The notes: generated from the letters alone by a model not told the origin. Positions 24,376-36,922 are shown, numbered from the stretch's first letter. The stretch is DNA of 64,000 bases from Macrostomum hystrix (GCA_950097015.1 CATNEN010000039.1:19592001-19656000), one strand, 5' to 3'. Numbers and translations: made by a program.

Positions 24376-24764
24376 TATATTATATGATACCATCATTACC
24401 ATGAAGGGCATGTAGCTTTGCATTCAAATATGGCTATATTGCTAATCAAACAAGAATCGGTATATATATATCAATATCTATCGTATCTTAATATTAAATA
24501 TATGCACTGTCCTGTCGGTACGGTACGTAGACCGTAGATCGATTGCTTTTTAAATACTATAGGCCTATTAAGACAATGTAGTGCGATTTTCTTGCCCCAT
24601 TTGAATGTGCGCATTTACTGTAATCTTCCATATTTACATTAACATTCGCGATGTAATTTTGTACTAGTAATGTAATTATATTGTAATTGTATTGTACTTC
24701 CTTCCTTTATCTACTGTAATTTATTGTATTCGTATTTGTTTTAATGTTTGTTACTTAAATAACT

Positions 24765-24870
24765 GCACGTCATCGAGAACCATTAGTCTGTACGCTGATT
24801 GGCTCAGCTTATATTTAAATACACTCGATGGTGATTGGCGGCTACCTTCCCGTGCGGCTGGCGTCGAAGT
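24765..24870 (-). promoter_or_regulatory. Candidate SBNO promoter: CpG-retaining patch with two CCAAT boxes
   Basis: ATTGG (CCAAT on minus) at 24798-24802 and 24834-24838, plus a CRE-like CACGTCA, upstream of the CpG-depleted 5' region of SBNO. Confidence 0.4.
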
Positions 24871-26285
24871 GAGAGCTAAGTTAAAGTTTACATTTTGATT
24901 GCGAGTCTACAACATTTGAAAACCAGTTCAGTAACACGAAATTGTTACAACAAGCAAGGCAAGGCATATTTAAAACTGTCATCCGATTTCAACAAAAGCA
25001 CTTGATAAAGCAGATTGTTCTAAACTTTAGGCAATTTGTTGGCTTTAAGGCATATTAAATTAATTGTTTTGTGCTAATCTTACTGATTTACAGAATTTCT
25101 CAAAAGCTTACATTGCAACAGAGTTCTTGCTCTATTTAACTTACTTAGAAATTGCTATATAAAAATGTATATAAGTAACAATAAAACTCCAGGGCCTCGA
25201 TTACTATTTTTTAAAGCAAGATTCTTATGTGAACAAAACGCCTCGCATGTCCCAGAATATGATTTCATTTCTGTGCTTCTCTCATCTGTTCTTTTTTATT
25301 TCGCGTTTTTTTAGTTATGCTGTTTTACATGCTACACCAGACTCCCGAGCTTAAATCAGGCAGGAACGCAAAAAGTGCATCTTTCTTTCACGTAACTGTA
25401 TTATTCTCTATGCAGTGATTATCTGCGTATAAATAAAATTAATTACGTAGCTAGCTGTAAAATACATCTACAAGTATGTAACTGCATGATTATTATAATA
25501 ATAGTCTTATGGTCTATTATTCCCCCCAAATATGTAGATTAATATTGGGTCCCTGCATGTCTTCTTTCAGAAGTCAGACCGCAAAATAATTGGGCTTGGC
25601 CGGCAAACCCGTACAACAATCCTATGTCGGCAGACTTTCTCGACGCAACTGCTACGTCCAGCGACGTCGATATGGCAAATGGGAATTGTTTAATTACATC
25701 GAAGAAATGAAAAATACGCGAAGACTTACAAAAACCCTCGGAAAATTATTATTGATGCAGAAACAGCATAAAATGCGAAAATTCATGACTGAGCTTCGGC
25801 TTTGTGTAGAAGTTCTCATTTACCACAGTCAGCCGATGTCAGATTATTTGTTTTACTTAATAGCTTCTCCATCCTCTCTTTATCCATTGATTCTCAGCAT
25901 CCGCGATAGTAAGTCATAAAGTTTTGATCGATTCTAAATTTTCCTACGATGAAAAGACTGCTTTCTCAACTGGACCTCCGTAAAGCATAATTGTGTTTTG
26001 TTTTTTTTAACCTGCTTATCATCATGTATATGAGCACGATAGCACCACTGTTGGAGGCGGAAAATGTAATTATTTTTTACTCGTAATCCCGCTCCCATTC
26101 GAAATTACGCAACAATTATACTCAAAGTTATAAATTATTGAAATTCAGTGAAAACTTAATTTAGATACACGCTTTTTTAATATAGTTAACAACGAACCAC
26201 GTGCACAGAAAACACTTCGCTTAATTCTGGATCCTCAGCAACGGAGCTAAGTGTCCTAAACTGAATAGCCCGGATTTGTTTCATA

Positions 26286-29200
26286 TCAAGATCGATCAAT
26301 CATCAAATCAGCAGTTATGGATTCGAATTCTTGAATCTCGGGGACATCATTATTGGCGCTAGATTTAACTGCAGCTGCGGCGGCGCAAGAGTTAGCAGTA
26401 AGGCGGCCGGTGCTGATCGCGTCTGATGATTCAGCGCTGGACTCTGCGTCTGGCTTTACAGGCCTGACAATTCCAGCCGTGGCGCAGTGGTAGATGACAA
26501 AAACAGGACAATCGCCGGTTTCATCTGTCTCATAGCGGGCTACTAGTTCGCGCACCATTTCCAGTGAGAATAGTGACCGGCTCTCGCGATGCAGTTCGAC
26601 GCTGGTGCATAGTTGACAGTCGGAACGACCGAAGCCGCCAAAAAAGGCGATCGAACCGGCGCCGCTGAAGTGCGGACACTCCAATACTTGGATCTGGCCG
26701 CGTCTATTGGCAAACAGCCACACTGAGCCCAGCCAAGGCACTGTGAACCGACTGGGCACTAGTAGGTTCAGTGTGTCTTCCTGGTCGGCTGGAGGATGAA
26801 ACAATTGTTGTAGGACAATGCAATCAGTATATACTGAGTATGCTAGGGCTACGGCACACATACACAGCTGACGTATAGTCCAATATTGGTTATAGCCTAA
26901 CTTAAAACTGACAGATCTGGAAATAAAATCCTAGCAAAAATCAATGTGGCTGCCTTTGGCAGCCTCAAACCCAAAGGTCGCGCATTTCAAACCCAAAGGT
27001 CGCGCCTTTCAAATTCAATGTGGCGCCCTTCAAAATCCAAAGGGCGCTCTTCAAATCTAAGGTGGTGTTCCCCAAAGCGGAGTGGTGTTCACCAAAATCC
27101 GTGGGAATCCAAGGTAGGGTTCCCTCCAAATCCAAGGTGGTTTTCTCGCAAATCCAAGGTGGTTTTCTTGCAAATCCAAGGCGGTTTTCTCGCAAATCCA
27201 AGGTGGTTTTCCCTCAAATCCAAGGTGGTTTTCTTGCAAATCCAAGGCGGTTTTCCCCCAAATCCAAGGCGGTTTTCCCCCAAATCCAAGGTGGTTTTCC
27301 CCCAAATACAAGGTGGTTTTCCCCCAAATCCAAGGCGGTTTTCCCCCAAATCCAAGGTGGTTTTCCCTCAAATCCAAGGTGGTTTTCCCCCAAATCCAAG
27401 GTGGTTTTCCCCCAAATACAAGGTGGTTTTCCCCCAAATCCAAGGCGGTTTTCCCCCAAATCCAAGGTGGTTTTCCCCCAAATCCAAGGTGGTTTTCCTC
27501 CAAATCCAAGCGTCTGATGCCGTCGACATATATAATTTATCTACCTTACCGTTGTATAACGACAAAGTAAATTCCACCGCAGAAACTTACCAACAAGGAA
27601 TCCGTCATCAATGGTGACGTAACGAATCTTGACTCGATGCTGCTGCGGTCCCCCTTCGAACCAGATAATCTCCGAGCCGGAATCAACGTAGCGCATTGGC
27701 GAGAAGTCGAGCCGCATTTCTGCAAGCAGCTGGAATGGATCCTTCTTGTAGGCGTTGAGAACTACCCTTCGAGACACAGTGTAGAATGAGCAGAGCAAGA
27801 TTCGGGTATCGCTGACTGATACCTGTACAGATGAAGGTTTCAAAATTTGAATTATTTGTACTTTATTGCTAAGTTTTCTGGAAAGTGTTGTTACCTGAAC
27901 TCCATCATTAACTCACGTAATATACTCAATGCGGAATTTTCAAGTGGCCCCAGAAAGCAGAAAAGTGAGTATACTGAATGCTCAATAATGCAGATAAGCA
28001 GGATATGCTCAATTGGATGCTCAATTAAAGAGAATCGTTCTATAGGGACTTAAGTCAGTGTGGGTGAGTACCAGAGCGGTTAAACTCGTTTACTCTTCGT
28101 ATGATCGGCACCTGTCTATCTATCTGCAGGGGGGCCCGGGGCACTTGTCGCACAAGCGACGGAGCGGCACGCCCCCAGACCGGCGAACTAGGCGCTTTAG
28201 CGCCCATCGCGCCGCCTCCCCTGAGCAGGCACCACATACAGCAGCACAGACCAGCCGGGGAGGGCAGGAGGCACCCAGAATAGGCAGCAGTGTCCCCCAC
28301 CCCCGCCCCACACGCACAGAGCAGACCAAGCCGGGGCGGAAGGCTGATAAGAAATCAGTCCTCAGGGGGGGGCCGGGTGATGAGTGTACACTTATCCAAT
28401 CGCGCTGACGGAATTCCAGAGAGCGCGCGGCGGTGTACACCCGCCCTCCAGCCACCCCCGCAAGGTCTAACGCCCCAGCGCCAACGCACAAACTCATACA
28501 ACGCAGAAGGCACACAGAAGGTAGGAGCGAAGCTATTATTTCAAGCTTTGATTGCACGAAATATGGTGCACCTCCGCCGGTCGCTACTGTCCAAAACCCC
28601 GCCCAACAAGTCCCGAAATTAATCGTGACTTGAAGGGTGAATCGAACTAGCGTCCTTTGGAGTGCGAGGCAGCGACGTTAGCCGCTGACCCACTCGCCCC
28701 TTCATGATCGGCACCTGAGCTCGATTCATAGCTACAAATGTTGCAGTTTACAATCGATCTAGAAGTACTTGACTCTCATTGGCACAACAGACTGCAGAAC
28801 AGAATTGCCTAGTACGCTGGCTGCGGGTCAAATGTCTCTCAGACGAAGAACCAGTGTCTACAACCCTCCTGCAAAAAATATTCGCTCGAATTACTGTCAG
28901 GGACTGGGGTGTGTCGGTGGCAGAGCGGTTAAACGCGTTTGCCTCTCGCCCAAAGGTCTATAAGCTCGATTTTGCGGCAAGAACACATTCATTTGGGGCA
29001 CAGCCGCGGAGAGAAGGCTTGGGGGCTTGTCGTGCAATTTACGCCCTTGAGGTTCAACCTCCAAGGCTTAGTGAGAGTGTACACTGCCTGACGATGAGAA
29101 AGTCAGGGCAGATGTACACACCTGTGTGAGCGTGTGCCTGTGTACGGCATCTGCATGTACCTCCCCTGCACGTGCTCAAGAGTCCGCGAAATGGGCAGAA

Positions 29201-30982
29201 TTGCCTCCTCGCTGGCTGCGGGTCTAGTGTCACCAATTGATGTGCCTTTGCCCGCAGCCCTCCTGCAATTACAAATAAAATTTTAATTTATAACTATCAT
29301 TGTTCTTATTAATAATATTCTTATTTTATTGACAGGCGTATAAATTATTTATTCAGTTTATCACTGTGGTTTTATTTCTTATGCTAGAAGCAATCGCAGA
29401 AACTAACCTGAAAAGGTGACTTGGTCTCCTGCGGCACGAATCTCTCTCCTGCGTCGCTGCAGTCAAGCACTGAGACCTGCTCAAGCTCTGGCACAGATAG
29501 CCTCCTGATGCAGTTCTCAGAATCGCCAGGTAGGTAGAACAGCTTGTCAGAGTAGCAGAAGCTGGGCGATATCGTCAGGCCGAATTGTAGTGTTCGCAGT
29601 AGCATTAACTGCGAGTCGAATACCAGCAAGCCGGATCGGAAGGTACCGCCCGCATTTAGCCGACAGTTGAGCAGGAAGTGGCCGCTTTGCGACAACCAGC
29701 AGCTCACCACGCCTGGAATTATGTTAGTATTCGTAGGAATATAATAGTAACGCATTGGGTTGTTTGCACTGACGCATCATTTTAATTCCACTAACCCTAG
29801 ACACAATTGACACACACGCACATACCGTTGGTACCTTATGTCTAGGCCCTTCGATCCTGGACGAAGAGACCTCCAAAAGACTTCTTCGTGGCCTGTATGC
29901 CCCATATAAATGTGGCCTCGCCTCGAATTCGAGCTAAGGAACTCCGCATGAGTGCCATTAAGAGTCGAACATGGTACCGTATGTACTATTAACAAGAAAA
30001 AATGTAAATAACTGCAGGAGGGCTGCCGGCCATGGCACATCATTTGATGACACTAGACCTGCAGCCAGGGAGAAGGCAATTCTGCCCATTTCGCTGACTC
30101 CTGAGCACACACGCACACGATACCATACGCAGGCACACGCTCACACAGGTGTGTACATCTGCCCTGACTTTCTCATTGACTGGCGGTGCTACACTTCACT
30201 GTGCCTTGAAGGTTGGCCCGTAAATTGTACGTAAATTGCAGGACAAGCCCCCAAGCCTTCTCTCCGCAGCTGCGCCCTAATTAAATGTGACTTCGCCGCG
30301 GAATCCAGCTCAGGGACCTTGGTGCGAGAGGCAAACGCGTTGACCATGCACTTTGCCACCCGCCCCCACCGTTTGTACAATATGTACTTTATACGCTTGA
30401 ATATAAAAACTCGGATATTACTCACTAGTGATCAGAACATTTTCAAGCTGCCTGACATAGACGAGACGCGCTATGCGAAATTCGTCAACCTCAGTGCCAC
30501 CCTTTGGTGCCGACTGTTCCGAGGCAAAGCGCTTGAACTTCCTTATCACCAGCTGTCGCTGCTCCACCGTCGCCGCGAAGACCACAGCGATGCGTTCGCT
30601 GACTGTGTCCTCGTAGTCCCAATCGAATACTGAGACACGAGGCGAAAACGGTATCAGAATAGAGGTCATTTTACTAACTTTCCTTACGAAACAACTAATA
30701 ATTACAAAACGATTAAATTCATTTAACTTCAATTCGGTTACCTTCAGAGCTTTATGCAAAGAAAATATTTTTTACCATAAACAATCCATTTGTATAAAAG
30801 CTTTGACTTAGTTGCAAACTAAAGATAGTTGACATCTTACGTGTCTTTTTGTAAACGACTTTCCCTTTGATGTCAAAATCTGGAGAAGCTTTCAGCATCA
30901 TGCGCATTTCACGTATGACTGAATAGTTGTCGCCCTGAAAAACCTGTCTCTGTGTTGATTGTTTAGCGCCGTTCAGAGCCAT
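26286..30982 (-). CDS. Uncharacterised ~460 aa protein, 5 exons (beta-rich, no family recognised)
   Basis: Exons 30982-30841, 30630-30426, 29712-29408, 27822-27591, 26788-26286. Donors gtaaga/gtgagt/gttagt/gtaagt and pyrimidine-AG acceptors join in frame without stops (MALNGAKQ...FDWDYEDT...VVSCWLSQSG...VSVSDTRILL...ADQEDTLNLL...MIDRS). Confidence 0.6.
26965..27510. repeat. Intronic minisatellite, 22 bp unit AAATCCAAGGTGGTTTTCCCCC
   Basis: About 20 copies. Confidence 0.95.
28115..28703 (-). mobile_element. tRNA-derived SINE family B (~590 bp) with (GATA)n tail and 14 bp TSD, nested in a SINE-A head fragment
   Basis: Head GGGGCGAGTGGGTCAGCGG (A box)...GTTCGATTC (B box); TSD ATGATCGGCACCTG at 28101-28114 and 28704-28717; the flanks rejoin into a SINE-A-like head (28058-28114 + 28718-28728). 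Confidence 0.85.
28906..29271 (+). mobile_element. SINE family A copy
   Basis: Same head, body and 3' stem as the other copies. Confidence 0.9.
30009..30368 (-). mobile_element. SINE family A copy (plus an older relic at ~29875-29975)
   Basis: Reverse complement of the family consensus. Confidence 0.88.
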
Positions 30983-33142
30983 AAAAAACCCGTATCGTTG
31001 TCAGAAAATATTTTAAAATATATGACAGTGACTTCGATTTTTTTATTAAACTCTAAAGCAAAATGAGAATATTAACATTAAGGAGAAAGTATAAGGTCAG
31101 AAAACGATTAAGCGTAATTATTGCTACATTTTTCGCGTGAATTTGGCACAATGTATTTAAAAAAGCTAAGTAGAGTGCGTTGCGCGTGGGTGGGCCCAGC
31201 GCGGCGAGAAGGCTTAGGCTGCCCCACCCCTGTGTGGTGGAGGGGTGCCTACAATGTACCCAGCCGCGTGGGCTACTTGGCTGGCTAGGCTGTTAGTCTC
31301 TTGCAGCCTGCGTGCTGATTGGCTGACGGCCGGCGTTTGTCTGAGCCCTCCCCTGCACGTGCCTTTTAAGGCTTGAAGCGGCTGTGGCGGTTTCTTGAGT
31401 GCCTGCGTTAACGTTGCGTTTGCGTCTGCGACTGCGACTTATAGAAGACCTCCGAGTAGCTCGATCCTGACTCCGGCAAGACCCCATCGGGGCTTGACGC
31501 CGGAGCTGAACAGTCAGGTGTCGATTGTGAGGTTCATTGTCCACGGACAACGGTTGGACTGGTGAAACCAGTGGACCCACGCGCAAGCCAAACCAGCACC
31601 CTTTAGCCGCCGCTTCTGCGCCTGATGCAGAGGCGCCAGTTTCTGTGTGTTTTGCTGTGGCAGTCGGGGAATTTAACTTGCTTGCTGAACCTTTCGGATG
31701 ACCCTCGTACACTCACCCCAAAACTAAAGTTTCTGCTTAATAGCTTTCAGCTTTTATAACTTGCTGCAGTTTCTTGCCTTGATTTCGAATCAAGCCCAAG
31801 TTATATTTCATCAGTTCATCAGTCCATCAGGTCATCGCAAAATTTTGTTCCTAAACTTTTGAAAGGGGGTTGGCCGGCTGTGGTCGGGGTGGCCGGTCCT
31901 GCCAAGTCCAAGCCAATGCCCCAGCCAGACCAAAAGAGACCTCTATTGTTCTTATTCATATTTATAGACACAATGTCTTTCGAGCGCCTACCTACTTGTA
32001 CCCATGGACCAGAGGCACGCCCAAGGAATGCACTAAAGTGATCAAAAATGGTCTTTCGGCTGTTTCCACGTCAGTAGCAGTGAGCTTAAAAGCTATTTAT
32101 AGCCATTGGCCATGGACATTTTCAAGAAATACACTATGGCCGGCTGGAAGAATGAATCTTTTGCTCAAAGCCTTACATGCGGTTTCCACTGGCATTAAAG
32201 TCACATAGTCCACGATATTACTTTCAGAGGGGGACGAAAACGAATTCGTCTATGGCAGTCACGAGCCAATAGGAAGGAACGGGGGGAACGGGATGTTTAA
32301 AAGTGAAGTTCGAGGGAAACAAAAATAACCGGCTCAGATTGGCACTCCATTCTATTCTTTCCTCCATGGGGAAAGCTTGCCCAGATTCAGGAAATTTTCA
32401 TCCTTTAATTGTCATAAGAAATGCCCTACATTAGAATTTCGTCTGTGGATAGCTCTAGACTCGAGCGATGTTTTTAACCAGTACGCCAATGGAGACAACT
32501 CGCACTTAAACTGGATATCAAGAGGACAACTACCAATGACATCATCAGGGGAAATGTTGAATAGGGTAGCATTATCTAATTGCGCGTGGAGTTGCAGTGA
32601 GACCAAAATTTTCTGAGGTGACGCTCAATGCATTGACAAGACGTGTGAAAGAAAGCAAAGAAAAATTTCCTCTTTTAGCATAAACTCAATTCTCTACCCC
32701 AGCAGGCAACCAATGCCCCTTAACTGGCAACCAATGCCCTTCACGCACTGTAAGACACATACGCTACTACGAGCGCATTTATCGGTTTCGACAGGAAAGA
32801 AAATTATTTAAATTTAGCAGCGCTTTCATCCTTTGCTCGTGAAATTTATTATAAGTATTTGTCCATATCAATTGTATTTGCTGGTCAACTTACTCGTTCA
32901 AAAACTTTATGGCTATTAGCGGACTGTAGAGTAAATCTGGGCCTAAATTTGCTAGGCTTACAAAAGAACTCAGTTCATTTTTCAACAGAAAGTGCATCTT
33001 ACATCTTACATTTTATTCGCAATGACTCTCTATAAGCACTTTAGTATTTTCGTCAGTTGTTTTAGGCAGCAAATAACGATCGGATATATTGTAAATCGAA
33101 ATGTAACCACAGAAACTAGAGAATCATTCATGGGACATTGCT

Positions 33143-34378
33143 TTACAGGCTGCAGCTGCTGGCAAACTGCAGCAGGATGGTCAGGACAACCGAAGCTATC
33201 AGAAAGAACTGAGCACCAGACACTTGATGGCCGGTGTTGCACAGGTCAGATTGGCAGCAGTAAATAGCACCCTTTAAACTCGTATCCTCGCAAAACGGAA
33301 GAAAGCCTCTAATGACAGCTACACCAGAAAGCGCTTTCTGTTTGTTAAATTGTTAAAAAGTTTATTGTATTCATAGTTTATTACATCAAGAATATTTAGG
33401 GAATAAAAATCCGTTGCAGACTTAAGTCTATGTGCTTGGCCTCCCAAAGATTCCAACTCAGGGACTTTGTTGTGGGAGGCAAACGTACGGACAAATATGT
33501 CCATTAGCCCCGGATAATCGGAAGTTTAGCTTGACATTTTAACCAAGAGCTTAATTAATTTTTGAGTTTAAGTCTTCCTACAAAAGACTGCGATTCCTAA
33601 GGATTGTGAAGCTACAATTTACAAGCTGCAATGAAGCCCAAGCTTCTCCAGTACTGCAAACCTACTGGACTGAGATTCTTGTGGACTGCAAACCTACTGG
33701 ACTGAGATTATTCAGGACTGCAAACCTACTGGACTGAGATTCTTGAGGACTGCAAAGCTACTGGACTGAGATTCTTCAGGACTGCAAAGCTACTGGACTG
33801 AGATTCTTCAGGACTGCAAAGCTACTGGACTGAGATTCTTCAGGACTGCAAAGCTACTGGACTGAGATTCTTCAGGACTGCAAAGCTACTGGACTGAGAT
33901 TCTTGAGGACTGCAAAGCTACTGGACTGAGATTCTTCAGAACTGCAAAGCTACTGGACTGAGATTCTTGAGGACTGCAAAGCTACTGGACTGAGATTCTT
34001 GAGGACTGCAAAGCTACTGGACTGAGATTCTTGAGGACTGCAAAGCTACTGGACTGAGATTCTTGAGGACTGCAAAGCTACTGGACTGAGATTCTTGAGG
34101 ACTGCAAAGCTATTGGACTGAGATTTCGCTTTTACATGACTCACAAAGCAGTAGTCTCCCTGCAACTTTCTGGTGGCATTATCCACAGTTCTGCAGCCTG
34201 CGCAGGCATAGCACTTGACGGCGTTGGTTTCAGGAATGCAAACTAAAATGTTGAAATTGTGGCAAGCTTAATTTATGAAAGCTGAATTTCTAAATTTAAA
34301 ATAGAAAAAATGATGAAACCGTCTTGACTAACTTGCAGACAGTATTCCGATCCACAGAATTGAACGAAGTTTTAACAT
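33143..34378 (-). CDS. Ly6/uPAR (CD59/three-finger) GPI-anchored protein, paralog 1, 112 aa
   Basis: Exons 34378-34333, 34242-34145, 33337-33143: MLKLRSILWIGILSAICIPETNAVKCYACAGCRTVDNATRKLQGDYCF|KALSGVAVIRGFLPFCEDTSLKGAIYCCQSDLCNTGHQVSGAQFFLIASVVLTILLQFASSCSL. Signal peptide, CCxxDxCN motif, hydrophobic GPI tail. Confidence 0.88.
33652..34125. repeat. Intronic minisatellite, 32 bp unit GGACTGCAAAGCTACTGGACTGAGATTCTTCA
   Basis: About 14 copies in Ly6 paralog 1 intron 2. Confidence 0.95.
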
Positions 34379-34940
34379 TTTTCTTGCTTCGAGTAAGTCT
34401 TGGAAGGAGCTGTCGAAGAAATTTGCCTGTTGAACAAAACTTAGAGTTTAGCTGAATGACCGATGAACTGATGAAATATTGCTTTAGCTTGATTCTAAAT
34501 TCAAGGCAACAAACGGCTGCAAGTTATTAACACTGAAAGCTATTTAAGTGTTATATAAATTAAGCAGAAACTTGGAGTGACTGAACGATGATGTATCCCT
34601 CACTTGCCCCGGGCAGTTGTCTATGTTTTTAAGCTTACAATTTATTTGCACTAGTGCAATAAATTATTTATTTCACTTTGCATCGATGCAAATAAATTAA
34701 CTATAACACAGAACTATAACACAACCATAGACAAACAGAATGTCTAAAAATAAAAATGTTTGTTTGCCCGTTTCATGTTAGGGATACATATCATATTTGT
34801 TGTATGATGTTGAATTCGGCTTCGCCTCGGTCAATAAGCTTTATACATTTTCCTATAAACTCTCCCCTCAATTTTCATCTCTTCTTATCGTTTCTAGAAA
34901 ACCGTGCAGGAATGACTTTGTCTATGGTCAAAAGACAATG

Positions 34941-35426
34941 ATATTCCTACACGCAAACTCGTGCGTCTATGGCAAAATTCACTCGTGCGCTTCGCGCACT
35001 CGTGCTTTTGCCATTATAAGGCTTCAGCAACGTATTATGGTATAAACGATCACTCAGCGATAATGGCATGTCTATGGCACAAACTGCGCCAATCCGCGAT
35101 GAGCCAGAAGCTGACAAAATTTGGACGCTTATATTTGTTTCTTTTAATTATCAATTAAAGTATTTTACCAACCGGTAAAAGCATTATAAGGCTTCAGGCC
35201 ATAGACAAATCAACTCCCCCTATAACGCCGTTGCTTGTCGACCGACAGCCGCCAGATAGCGTTATAGGGGGAGTTGATTTGTCTATGGCCTGAAGCCTTA
35301 TAATGCTTTTACCGGTTGGGTGCCGAGCAAGTTAATGGCGCTACGCGCCTCGATCGACCGCCATTAACTTGCTCGGCACCCAACCGGTAAAGTTCCATTG
35401 ACGCACTCGTTTTCGTGCAGGAATAT
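34941..35426. mobile_element. MITE-like element with 32 bp imperfect TIRs and long internal palindromes
   Basis: TIRs 34941-34972 and 35395-35426 (5 mismatches in 32); perfect internal inverted repeats 35168-35228/35259-35319 and 35308-35340/35359-35391. Confidence 0.6.
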
Positions 35427-35449
35427 TACATCTGTGACTGGGTTAGGTG

Positions 35450-35860
35450 TTCACTTTCACCGTGCTTGTAGGTTGGCCCTCTCGGGCGTAAATTGCACGG
35501 CTGCTACCTAACAGATGCGGCCCCGCCGCGAAATCGAGCTCAGGGACTTTGGTGCGAGAGGAAAACTCATTAGACGCTTTGCCACTCACCACCCTGGTCA
35601 CCACGTTACATACAGGGTCCCAAACGTTTGCTCAGAGTCCGGCGTGACGCCCAAGTACTTCGGGGTCCTCGTCCTGACCATTTTCTCGGTTCCTAGGTAC
35701 AGCTCTGGCAGCGCTACTTGGGTTCGTTAGGTGGTCAATGAAGATCAGGAACAGGATCGGGTGCGGCACAGCTCCCTGCCGCAGCCCAGTTGCACTGACC
35801 GCGAGTACCCGCGCACTGAGTAGGGTCACTAGAGACAGCAGGCGCTGCTTCAGCACGTGG
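35450..35860 (-). mobile_element. SINE-A-related head variant joined to a degenerate LINE RT fragment
   Basis: tRNA-like head ~35450-35595. RT relic reads GLRQGAVPHPILFLIFIDHL (domain 4-like) and, in another frame, PKYLGVTPDS (domain 7-like). The head plus KYLGV block recurs at 39109-39208 + 41873-42003. Confidence 0.65.
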
Positions 35861-35938
35861 TATCGCCGCGGGCAGTTTGTTACAACCCAGGTTCGAAAAA
35901 TATCTCACAGACGCAGACTAGCAGTCTCACCTTTTCGG

Positions 35939-36333
35939 TGTTGTTCGGCCAACTGCGTCAGCTGAGGCTTCAGCTTCCGATAAAAAATGCTTTGGATACG
36001 ACACAAGGCGAGCACAACTCTCCAAGGCTACGCTTTAAGTACAGTATAGCGACAGAGGAGTGGACGGGAAACGATGGCTAGCACCGGGGGGAGGGAAGAA
36101 ACCGCAGACGGAGCCACACCTGCAGTTAACTCACGCGTGAGTGCAGGACTGGGGACAAGCAGAGTGCGAGCTGGGCCTGAACCAATCAGAGCACGCGAGT
36201 GGCTAGGGTCGCCCAGCCACTTGAGCTAGTGCACCACAAATGGCTTGCACCCACCCCCTCTACGCACTCCAACAGCTCAGCCAGCCCACCCGGCACAAAA
36301 ATTGGCTACGACTATTGGCTATTGGCTTCAACA
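35939..36333 (-). mobile_element. LTR-like sequence (TGTTG...CAACA), probably Ty3/Gypsy-type
   Basis: Inverted termini TGTTG/CAACA and an internal CCAAT box; highly similar in reverse orientation to 42211-42580. No TSD seen. Confidence 0.6.
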
Positions 36334-36922
36334 CCCCTAAGCAACCAAACCTAACCCAACCCAACCCAACCCAATCCATGTGTAATGTATTATTTCACTG
36401 AAATCATATTATCTTCGAGACTTTGATTCCAGTGTCTTTACAATCCTGAGGAATTTCAGCCCATTGTATCCTCAGTCCTGAAGAATCTCAGTTTAGTAGA
36501 TTCACAATCCTGAAGAATCTTAGTCTTAGGTAAAGTAGCTCGCCTAATAAAACAACGAAAAAAAATAATCAATATACTTATCGATTTCTTTTTGCCAATG
36601 CATTTCTTCCCACAATTGACATCTTCAGAGCTAAATTTAATTTTCTGAGAGGGCTTCTCGGAAAAGCACTGCCGAGTAACTAACTATATTGTCCAAAAAC
36701 ATTATGGCTATTAGCGGACTGTAGAGTAAAACTGTCCCTAAATTTGCTAGGGTTACAAAAGAAACAGTTCATTTTTCAACAGTGTTACATCTTATTCGCA
36801 ATGATTCTCTATAAGCACTTTAGTATTTTCGTCAGTTGTTTTAGGCAGCACAGAACGATCGGATATATTGTAAATCGAAATGTAACCACAGTTCAAACGA
36901 AAATCATCCATCAGACATTGCT

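Noticed and set aside
28622-28700. Functional tRNA gene
   Set aside because: No proper acceptor stem or terminator; it is the head of a TSD-flanked SINE.
29826-29985. Extra exon of the orphan gene (ORF 29777-30043) and an 8-nt microexon at ~30742-30749
   Set aside because: The first is a degenerate SINE-A fragment; both would break the reading frame.
31859-32640. Coding exons
   Set aside because: Short ORFs with stops, no coherent splice pattern and no recognisable motif; possibly a TE relic.
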